Assembly (NCBI GenBank): GCA_965248695.1
Contig: CBDFKD010000002.1
Coordinates: 928,001-992,000, forward strand
DNA: 64,000 bases
From: Acidobacteriota bacterium
Lineage (GTDB): Bacteria; Acidobacteriota; UBA890; WLXD01
Reading direction: 5' to 3'
Made by a program: the position numbers and the translations under genes. Every line of letters begins with the position of its first letter. Within the stretch, counting starts at the first letter, position 1. The notes under the pieces are model-generated. The model saw nothing but the letters and a program-made list of their open reading frames with translations. It was not told the DNA's origin and ran no database searches. This document shows positions 56,613-64,000 of this stretch, one piece after another.

Positions 56613-58113
56613 TCTCCCTGCGCGCCACAGCTCGGTGACCACGAGGGCAGCCCCGCTCGGCCTGCACCGCACCGAGCGACGCCTGTTTCTCCTCGTGGTG
56701 GATCTTGTAGCGATCAACACGGCGCTGCTTACCTACTTGATTGCGCGCGGAGATCACGCCGGTCTCGGGTTGCCGGAAAGCACTCCGCTGGATCTGAATC
56801 TCCTGTGGGCCAGACCCGGGTGGTTCTTGCTGCTTTCCGCCGCCTGGCTCCTCGCTGCCCAGGCGTTCGACGCTTATCGTCTGCAGACCGCAAATCGCTT
56901 CGCCAGCTCGGCGGCGGCTGTGCTCAAGAGCGCCATCATCGTCTTGCTGTTCTATGTCGCGGTGCCCTACCTCACGCCCACGCTACCGCCGTCACGGAGC
57001 TACCTGATCGTTCTGTTCGGCACCACGATCGGCTTACTCTTGCTCGTGCGGTCGGTTTACGTGCTGGCGCTCGGTCGCTCCGTATTCCGCCGTCCGACGC
57101 TGATCGTCGGAACCGGTTGGGCAGGCCAGACCATCGCTCGGGAGCTGCTGCAGAACGACGACGGAACGCACCTGATCGTCGGCTTCATAGGCGACAAGAA
57201 GACGCCACCCGGCACGCGACTGCAGATCGCAGACACCAGGGACGGCAAGGCCGGGATTGCCCCAATCGATCAGCGGGCCCTCACCGTCCTGGGCGATAGC
57301 GCGTCGCTGAAGGATCTGGTTGAACGGCACCACATTCGCACGATCGTGCTCGCCGCGACCGACGAGCTGGATCCGGAGCTGCTGCGGGTGCTCATGGATT
57401 GCCTGGAGTTCGGAGCTCAGATCATTCCGATGAGCCAACTGTACGAGCGCCTTACCGGCCGGGTTCCGGTCGAGCACGTCGGCGACGACTGGCATCTGGC
57501 GATGCCCCTGGAGCATCCCGGCACGGGTACGTTGCGGCCGCTGGCAAAGCGCGCCTTCGACCTGGTGTCAGCGAGCGTCGGTCTGATCCTGCTGGCGCCC
57601 TTCGTGCCGCTCATAGCTTTGGCGATCCGAATCGAGTCTCGTGGCCCGATCTTCTACACCCAACGTCGCGTCGGCAAAGGCGGTCGGGTGTTCAAAGTCT
57701 TCAAGTTCCGCTCCATGCGGTCGGGGGCCGAGGAGGACGACGCCGTCTGGTCGCAACCGGGTGATGCCAGGGTCACCAGAGTCGGCGCGATCCTGCGCGC
57801 AACGCACGTCGACGAGTTCCCTCAGTTCCTCAACATTCTGCGTGGAGAGATGAGTGCGGTCGGCCCGCGTCCGGAGCGACCGGAGTTCCTGGAGCGCCTG
57901 ATCGCCGACATTCCGTTCTACACAGTGCGCCACGCAGTAAGACCGGGAATGGCGGGATGGGCGCTGGTGAATTGCGGCTACGGCTCATCGATCGACGACG
58001 CCCTGCGCAAGCTGCAATACGACCTGTACTACATCAAGCACCAGTCTGTGTCTCTCGATCTGGTTATTCTCTTGAAGACGATCTTGCACAGTTTGGGGTT
58101 GCAGGGACGCTGA
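56575..58113 (+). CDS. Priming polyprenyl-phosphate glycosylphosphotransferase (WcaJ/WbaP-type)
   Basis: N-terminal TM bundle and a CoA-binding-like domain; KRAFD, FKFRSM, DEFPQFLNILRGEMSAVGPRPERP, YDLYYIK. Confidence 0.93.
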   Translation: MAIRISPENTTPDLPARHSSVTTRAAPLGLHRTERRLFLLVVDLVAINTALLTYLIARGDHAGLGLPESTPLDLNLLWARPGWFLLLSAAWLLAAQAFDAYRLQTANRFASSAAAVLKSAIIVLLFYVAVPYLTPTLPPSRSYLIVLFGTTIGLLLLVRSVYVLALGRSVFRRPTLIVGTGWAGQTIARELLQNDDGTHLIVGFIGDKKTPPGTRLQIADTRDGKAGIAPIDQRALTVLGDSASLKDLVERHHIRTIVLAATDELDPELLRVLMDCLEFGAQIIPMSQLYERLTGRVPVEHVGDDWHLAMPLEHPGTGTLRPLAKRAFDLVSASVGLILLAPFVPLIALAIRIESRGPIFYTQRRVGKGGRVFKVFKFRSMRSGAEEDDAVWSQPGDARVTRVGAILRATHVDEFPQFLNILRGEMSAVGPRPERPEFLERLIADIPFYTVRHAVRPGMAGWALVNCGYGSSIDDALRKLQYDLYYIKHQSVSLDLVILLKTILHSLGLQGR

Positions 58114-58334
58114 AGCGGCCTGGCGAAAGCCGCGAGCAGCTGCCGGAGCAGCAAATTCCACCGAGCGACGGAAAAGGAGCCCTCCGATAGCTGCACTATA
58201 ATGTCGGCGCTCCGGTCGCGGCCTCGCCCACCCTTCTCGCTGCCACCCTCGACCACGCCGCCGCAGCCCCGGTTTTGCCACCGCAATCTCGACCATGTCG
58301 CTAACCTCGGCCTGTCGTCAACCTCGGCCCGCCC

Positions 58335-59498
58335 ATGTCTGAATCCGTCGCCGTGATCGGCGGCTCCATCGCCGGACTCTACGCGGCGCAGCTGCTAGCG
58401 AGCCGGGGGCATTCCGTACGGGTTTACGAAGGTTCCGAAGGCCTCGAACCCGCTCCCAGAGCGCTCATCGTCACCGCCGCGCTGCGCGATCTTCTCGGCA
58501 ACTCGGCCAAGGATGCCGTCGTCAACGAGATCGACCGATTCGAGCTCTTCGCTAACGGCCGGAAGGTCGAGGTCGAGCTCGGACGTCCCGACCTGATCGT
58601 CGAGCGCGCCACGCTCATGCGACGGCTCGCTGAGGCGGCGGAAGCGGCTGGCGCCGAGATCGTCTGGTCCCATCGCCTCGAGCAGCTGACCGCGCGTGGG
58701 AATGGTATCGACATGCGGTTCCGGAACAACGGCACCAGGCCGATCATGGCCCGGTCGATCATCGGTGCCGACGGTGCGTTCAGTGCCGTGGCACGCGCCG
58801 CAGGCTGGCCGCCGCAGAGGCTCGTGTCGTTGGTCCAGGCCGTCGTGCGTCTGCCTGCAGACCTACCTCCGAAGACCGTGCGCGTGTGGTTCGCGCCCAG
58901 GGACACACCGTATTTCTACTGGTTGATTCCCGAATCGCCTACGTCGGGGGTTCTGGGGGTGATCGGCAACGAGGCGCGCGCGACCCGGAGCTTGATCGAT
59001 CGGTTCACGGCACATCAGCGTCTCCACGTGCTCGGTTATCAAGGGGCCAGGATCCCCGAATACGCCGGCTGGACACCCCTGCATCGGCGCATGGGAGGCG
59101 GGAACGTCTACCTCGCAGGCGACGCCGCCGGGCACGTCAAGGTAACCACCGTAGGCGGCGTGGTCGACGGCTTGTGGGGCGCTCAGGCCGTCGCCAACAC
59201 GATCACCAGCGGGCGCCGCGGCTGTGCAGCAAGCTCACTGCGGATCGAGCTGGAAATGCACCGACTGATCCGCGTCGTTCTGAATCGCTTCGGCGACGAG
59301 GACTATCAGGCCCTGTTCGAGAACCTGGGACGGTCCTCGCAGGGTTCGCTCGCACGTTACAGCCGCGACCAAGCGATCTGGCTCATGTGGGATCTGATTC
59401 GGCGACGCCCGCGGCTGGCGTGGCTTGCCGCGCGCGCCATGCTGGGCGTCAGACCGTTTCGGTCCGCGACAGCGTCGACGGCCTACACGCCTACCTAG
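58335..59498 (+). CDS. FAD-dependent oxidoreductase, geranylgeranyl reductase family
   Basis: [36 protein letters not shown]. Confidence 0.78.
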   Translation: MSESVAVIGGSIAGLYAAQLLASRGHSVRVYEGSEGLEPAPRALIVTAALRDLLGNSAKDAVVNEIDRFELFANGRKVEVELGRPDLIVERATLMRRLAEAAEAAGAEIVWSHRLEQLTARGNGIDMRFRNNGTRPIMARSIIGADGAFSAVARAAGWPPQRLVSLVQAVVRLPADLPPKTVRVWFAPRDTPYFYWLIPESPTSGVLGVIGNEARATRSLIDRFTAHQRLHVLGYQGARIPEYAGWTPLHRRMGGGNVYLAGDAAGHVKVTTVGGVVDGLWGAQAVANTITSGRRGCAASSLRIELEMHRLIRVVLNRFGDEDYQALFENLGRSSQGSLARYSRDQAIWLMWDLIRRRPRLAWLAARAMLGVRPFRSATASTAYTPT

Positions 59499-59770
59499 GG
59501 CGACACGAGATCTCGACGTTCGTTTTCGAACGCCCCTTCGGCGCGCCACAGATCGAGACCCACTGGGGCGAACACGTCGTCACCAATGCGTCCGATGAAG
59601 GTCACCTGGGCGCCGAGCCGCGCCGCCGCCACCGCCTGGTTGGAGCCCTTACCGCCCGGGCCGGTGACAAAACGATCTCCCGCGACGGTCTCGCCCGGAC
59701 GCGGCATACGCTGCACGTATGCGGTCAGATCGGTATTGAAGCTACCAACGACGACGATCCTCGCGGCCGT
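59495..59770 (-). pseudogene. rbsK: N-terminal fragment (~90 codons) of a ribokinase
   Basis: [12 protein letters not shown]...PRPGETV...[18 protein letters not shown]...IGRIGDDVF. The reading frame ends after about 90 codons, and no in-frame start is found before an upstream stop. Confidence 0.8.
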
Positions 59771-59802
59771 TCGCCCCCCGTTCTGTTGTCAGTCAGCTCC
59801 GG

Positions 59803-60777
59803 TCAACCGCGACCTTCGGGGCTCGGGGAGTTCCGTCCCTCGGATCGACCGACGTCCGCCGCCGACGGCTCCGCTTGCAGCCCGGCGCGGTGCACCACTT
59901 CGGCGACCAGGTCCTCGCGCCGGTGGGCCATGAGGTGAACTCCGGCGACCCCGCCGATCTGCCGCACCTGTTCGATGATCTCCAGACAGATCTTGATGCC
60001 CTCCTCTTCCTGTGCCTCCTTGGACACGCCCGCCAAGCGCTCGACGACCGCATCGGGAATCACCACTCCCGGCACCCGCGTGCGAATGACGTCTGCCAGC
60101 CGCGCCGACGGCATCGGTCCAACCCCTACCAGGATGAACGCCCGCTCGTGCAGCCCTAGATCACGGATCCGCTGCATGAAGGTCTCGAAACGCGGCACGT
60201 CGAAGCAGTACTGAGTCTGGATGAAGCGCGCCCCGGCCTCGACTTTCTTGCCCATGCGATGCGGCCGCCAGTCATAGGGCGGGACGAACGGGTTGGCGGC
60301 GGCGCCGATGAAGAAGCTCGGCGGCGGATCGAGCCGGCCGTCGTTCAGGAACTGCCCGCGGTCGGACATGATCTCGGCGGTGCGCAGCAGCTGTGCCGAG
60401 TCGAGATCGAACACCCGCTTGGCGTCGGTTTGATTGCCGACGCTGGTGTCGTCGCCAGTGATCAAGAAGACGTTGCGAATCCCGCTGGCGGCCGCCCCGA
60501 GCAGGTCGCCCTGCAGGGCGATGCGATTCCGGTCGCGGCAACCGAGCTGCATGATCGGCTCGATGCCGGCGTGGTGAAGCAGAATTGAGCAGGCGAGCGG
60601 CGACATGTGTACGTTGGCACCCGTGGAGTCCGGCACGTTGATCGCGTCGACGACCGCGGCGAGGGTACGGGCGGGCGCCAGGACGACCTCGGGATCGGCG
60701 CTGTCGCGCGGGCTCAGCTCGGCAGTGACGGTGAACTTGCCGGACCGCAGGCGCTCCTCGAAGCGCGAGAGGGTCAA
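59803..60777 (-). CDS. metF: 5,10-methylenetetrahydrofolate reductase
   Basis: TAELSP, DAINVPD, CRDRNRIALQGDL, ITGD, KKVEAGARFIQTQY, GVHLM. Confidence 0.9.
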   Translation of the reverse strand: MTLSRFEERLRSGKFTVTAELSPRDSADPEVVLAPARTLAAVVDAINVPDSTGANVHMSPLACSILLHHAGIEPIMQLGCRDRNRIALQGDLLGAAASGIRNVFLITGDDTSVGNQTDAKRVFDLDSAQLLRTAEIMSDRGQFLNDGRLDPPPSFFIGAAANPFVPPYDWRPHRMGKKVEAGARFIQTQYCFDVPRFETFMQRIRDLGLHERAFILVGVGPMPSARLADVIRTRVPGVVIPDAVVERLAGVSKEAQEEEGIKICLEIIEQVRQIGGVAGVHLMAHRREDLVAEVVHRAGLQAEPSAADVGRSEGRNSPSPEGRG

Positions 60778-60859
60778 CGTCGACCCTTCGCTGCGGACAG
60801 CTCGATGCGCAGGCTCGGCGGATAGCTCGTTGCACCGGATCCGCAGGTCGCCGAGCGCC

Positions 60860-61342
60860 TCACCGCTCCACCCCCGCCGACCAGCCCTCAGGGTGCGGCT
60901 CGCCGATCCCCTTCATCTCGTTGACCCATGCGGCGCTGCCTTGACGTGCCCAGTCGAGCGGCGGGCGCAGTTCATGGATCGCCGACCCGTAGTGGCTCAT
61001 CTTCTGCGAGCGCTCCCAGGCTTCCACCCATACACAGGGCTCATCGGGAAGCACCTCGCAGTTGCCGTTCAGCCGCACGCCGCCACAGGGGCCGTTCCGT
61101 AGGTTCTTGGGACAGCTCATCGGGCAAGTCATGCCGGTGGAGTGCAGCACGCACTGGCCGCACATGCGGCAGTCGAACACCAGCCCCTTGCTGAGCCGCT
61201 CGACCGGCCGCAGCAATCGATCGAGCCAACGGAGCTCGCCGCCCGCGGCCAGCCCGCGCACCGGCTTCATGACCGCCAGCATCAGGCGATACGACCACTC
61301 CAGCGCACGTGGCCGATTGCGCATCCAACGGCCGAAGCTCAC
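60860..61342 (-). CDS. metV: MTHFR C-terminal-domain / MetV-like Cys-rich subunit
   Basis: CRMCGQC...CPMSCPKNLRNGPCGG...CEV...CVW. Confidence 0.82.
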   Translation of the reverse strand: MSFGRWMRNRPRALEWSYRLMLAVMKPVRGLAAGGELRWLDRLLRPVERLSKGLVFDCRMCGQCVLHSTGMTCPMSCPKNLRNGPCGGVRLNGNCEVLPDEPCVWVEAWERSQKMSHYGSAIHELRPPLDWARQGSAAWVNEMKGIGEPHPEGWSAGVER

Positions 61343-61473
61343 CGCAAGATCACCGGGTCGATATCGATCTCAACCACACCCGTGCCGACTCCGCTCGACT
61401 CCGGGGCTGGCGCGCAGGCCACGGTGGCAATCAAGCAGATCAGAGCGGAGATTCGGAAAGTTGGGAGACGCAT
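61339..61473 (-). CDS. 44-aa lipoprotein-signal ORF (mini-lipoprotein or truncated gene)
   Basis: AGGAG RBS; MRLPTFRISALICLIATVAC lipobox-like end; the stop overlaps the metV GTG start. Confidence 0.45.
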   Translation of the reverse strand: MRLPTFRISALICLIATVACAPAPESSGVGTGVVEIDIDPVILR

Positions 61474-61633
61474 GGCCAACTCCTGTTGACGGGCCGCACA
61501 ATTGCACCAGGGCAGCGTGCGTGCGCCGAGCCGCGCTATGGTGCCGATCGCTACGATACAGTTCAAGCCGCTCGGCGGATCTACAGACCTCTGCCGCCGC
61601 GGCCAAGAGATCCTGTTCTCTCGGAGGACCTTG

Positions 61634-62914
61634 ATGAAGCGCCGGACCTTGACCACCGCAGCGGCTATGACGACGTTCATGGCTGTCGCAGCCCCGACCG
61701 TAACCGCGCAGGGTCTGCCGCGCGCCGCTCCGGACGAGGTGGGCCTGTCAGGCGAGCGTCTGGCGCGAATCCGGCCCGTGATGCAGGCCTACGTGGACGC
61801 TGGGACGCTACCGGGCGTCACCACGGCGATCGCTCGTCGCGGCAAGCTGGTGCACTTCGAGCAGATCGGCATGATGGACGTCGAGCGGGGTAAGTCACTG
61901 CGCCCCGATACCATTTTTCGCATGGCGTCGATGACCAAGCCGATGACCGGCGTGGCGATGATGATCCTCTACGAGGAGGGTCGCTACCTGCTCACCGATC
62001 CGGTGTCGCAGTACCTGCCGGAGTTCGCCGACCTGCAGACGTGGGTCGGCGGCACCGCCGAGGCGCCGCAAACGGAGCCAGCGCGACCGATGGCGGTCAA
62101 GGACCTACTGACCCACACGTCGGGATTGATATACGGCGGCAACGAATCCGCGGTCGGACAGCTGTACGGCCAAGCGCAGCTGTTCGCGGCGCCGACGCTG
62201 GCCGACTTCACGCAACGCGTCGCGTCGATTCCGCTGGCGTTCCAGCCAGGGAGCCGGTGGGAGTACTCGATCTCACAGGACGTCCTCGGACGCCTGGTGG
62301 AGGTGCTGTCGGGCCAACCGTTCGACGAGTTCCTGACACAGCGTGTGTTCGAGCCGCTCGGCATGAAGGACACTGGCTTCTACGTTCCTGAGGAGCATGC
62401 CGACCGACTCGCCGCCAACTACCGGGCAACTCCCGAGCGCGGCCTGGAGCCCGTACCGTCGCGACCGGGTATCCATGATCCCGATCGGGTGCCCTACGGC
62501 GGCGGCTCGGTGTCGACCGCTGCCGATTACCTTCGCTTCGCGCAAATGCTCGCCAACAGCGGTGAGCTCGACGGGGTGCGCATTCTCGGTCGCAAGACCG
62601 TCGATCTGATGATGATGAACCACCTCGACCCGGAGCTCGGCCCTGAGCCCATGGCGGCGATGACCAGCTCGCTGCAGTCGAGCCCGCGTGGCGTTGGCTA
62701 CGGACTCACCGGCGCGGTGATCACCGACGTGGCGTTGTCGTCGCTGCCGGGCTCGGTCGGCACGTTCTCCTGGGGGGGCGCGCGCAGCACCTACTTCTGG
62801 GTGGACCGTTCCGAGGAGCTTGTCGGGTTGCTCCTGACCCAGGTGTCACCTTCCGACCGTTACCCGCTGCGCGCCGAGATCCGCATCCTTACGTATCAGG
62901 CACTCATCGAATAA
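61634..62914 (+). CDS. Secreted beta-lactamase-fold serine hydrolase (esterase/peptidase)
   Basis: GGAGG RBS, signal peptide, FRMASMTK (SxxK), LLTHTSG, WEYS, WGGA. Confidence 0.9.
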   Translation: MKRRTLTTAAAMTTFMAVAAPTVTAQGLPRAAPDEVGLSGERLARIRPVMQAYVDAGTLPGVTTAIARRGKLVHFEQIGMMDVERGKSLRPDTIFRMASMTKPMTGVAMMILYEEGRYLLTDPVSQYLPEFADLQTWVGGTAEAPQTEPARPMAVKDLLTHTSGLIYGGNESAVGQLYGQAQLFAAPTLADFTQRVASIPLAFQPGSRWEYSISQDVLGRLVEVLSGQPFDEFLTQRVFEPLGMKDTGFYVPEEHADRLAANYRATPERGLEPVPSRPGIHDPDRVPYGGGSVSTAADYLRFAQMLANSGELDGVRILGRKTVDLMMMNHLDPELGPEPMAAMTSSLQSSPRGVGYGLTGAVITDVALSSLPGSVGTFSWGGARSTYFWVDRSEELVGLLLTQVSPSDRYPLRAEIRILTYQALIE

Positions 62915-63097
62915 GACTCACGGCGCGGATCGATGGGGACCCGACAGGAATCCGGCCATACGGCGAGCTCCTGGCCAGGACCGGTCGGTTGACACCCGGT
63001 ACGTACAGGGATTTGCTTGGCGACGCTACTTTACAAACCGTGCTGGCGCCGCTTCTCGGCGCGTCGAAGCGCCGCTCGGCCCGCCTCCGAGGACGAC

Positions 63098-64000
63098 ATG
63101 TCAATAGACCAACTCGCTTCTTCGACAATCGTTACCCTGTCGTGCCGTTTCGCAAGTCTGGCGACGATGGCACTGCTCGCTAGCGGATGCACTATCGCCG
63201 CCGGGCCCGGAGACAACGCAGGGAACACCGACACGGGCGCTGACAACCCCGCCGTCGATGCAATGTTCGCTGCATTCGACCAACCGGGCTCGCCGGGCTG
63301 TGGCCTGGCCGTGGCTCAGGACGGCGAGCTGATCTACGCGCGCGGCTATGGCTACGCCAACCTCGACCACGACATTCCCAATTCGCCACACACGGTGTTC
63401 GACGTCGGCTCGGTGACCAAGCAGTTCACCGCCGCCAGCCTCAGCATGCTGGCGCAGGAAGAGAAGCTGACGCTGGACGACGACATCCGCCGATGGTTGC
63501 CGGAGTTGCCGGAGTACGAGCCGACGGTCACCATCCGTCACCTGCTGCACCACACCGGTGGACTGCGTGACTACCTCAACCTGTTTCCGCTCGCCGGGCG
63601 CAACGACTACTTCCCGATCTCACACGCGCAGATCCTGGCGATGATGTCGCGGCAACGGGCACCGATCTTTGCCGCCGGCGAGCGCTATCGCTACAGCAAC
63701 ACCGGCTACATGCTGCTGGCGCAGATCCTCGAGCGCGCCGGCAGCGAGTCGCTGGGCGAGATGGCGCAGGCGCGCATCTTCGACCCGCTCGACATGACCG
63801 GCAGCCACATGTACGAGGACCTGCGAGAGATCATCCCCGGTCGCGCCATCGGCTACGACCGCGACGACGACGGCGACCTACGCATCGTGCACAACTACAA
63901 CTTCGACGTCACCGGCGACGGGCAGCTCTACACCACGATGCCGGACCTGCTGCGCTGGGATGAATGGTTGCACGGCGACGAACCGTCGATTCACGCCATG
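63098..64000 (+). CDS. Beta-lactamase-fold serine hydrolase, probable lipoprotein (runs off the window end)
   Basis: Translated by hand from ATG 63098: LASGC lipobox, PGCGLAV, FDVGSVTKQF (SxxK), LLHHTGG, YRYSNTGY. Confidence 0.88.
   Translation, partial: MSIDQLASSTIVTLSCRFASLATMALLASGCTIAAGPGDNAGNTDTGADNPAVDAMFAAFDQPGSPGCGLAVAQDGELIYARGYGYANLDHDIPNSPHTVFDVGSVTKQFTAASLSMLAQEEKLTLDDDIRRWLPELPEYEPTVTIRHLLHHTGGLRDYLNLFPLAGRNDYFPISHAQILAMMSRQRAPIFAAGERYRYSNTGYMLLAQILERAGSESLGEMAQARIFDPLDMTGSHMYEDLREIIPGRAIGYDRDDDGDLRIVHNYNFDVTGDGQLYTTMPDLLRWDEWLHGDEPSIHAM

Noticed and set aside
58197-58202. Perfect TATAAT upstream of the reductase gene
   Set aside because: No matching -35 or extended -10, so a lone hexamer is insufficient. 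Likewise TTGACA at 62989 lacks a good -10.
61343-61630. SAM/SAH riboswitch upstream of metV-metF
   Set aside because: No recognisable consensus by eye, and part of the region is occupied by a small ORF. An Rfam/Infernal scan would be decisive.
61634-64000. Antibiotic-resistance beta-lactamases
   Set aside because: These are SxxK serine hydrolases lacking the KTG triad context where visible (WGG in the first); more likely esterases/peptidases.

Overview
GC-rich bacterial DNA. About 51 kb (~6.9-58.1 kb) is one large, multi-operon surface-glycan (capsule/O-antigen/EPS) locus. It encodes a priming phosphoglycosyltransferase, a WaaL-like ligase, two GT-C-like membrane proteins, a Wzm permease, and a degenerate Wzt ATPase fused to a GT-like domain. 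It also has an amino-sugar (WbpD/B/E-like) module and many decorating enzymes: 2 sulfotransferases, a carbamoyltransferase and 4 methyltransferase-like domains. The most unusual part is an NeuB/NeuA operon with no NeuC/Leg/Pse precursor genes but with an SDR, an aldehyde dehydrogenase, a transketolase, a HAD phosphatase and a nucleotidyltransferase-methyltransferase fusion, suggesting an atypical CMP-ulosonate sugar. Two uncharacterised GT-like domains each occur four times, alone, fused together or fused to Wzt. The left flank has a trmH-like gene, ndh, glpQ, a 271-bp MITE, tandem alpha/beta hydrolases and an IS3-family element sitting between two truncated genes. The right flank has a geranylgeranyl-reductase-like gene, metV-metF bracketed by gene fragments, and two beta-lactamase-fold serine hydrolases. 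No rRNA, tRNA or CRISPR array was seen. All calls come from motif recognition by eye; no database search was run.
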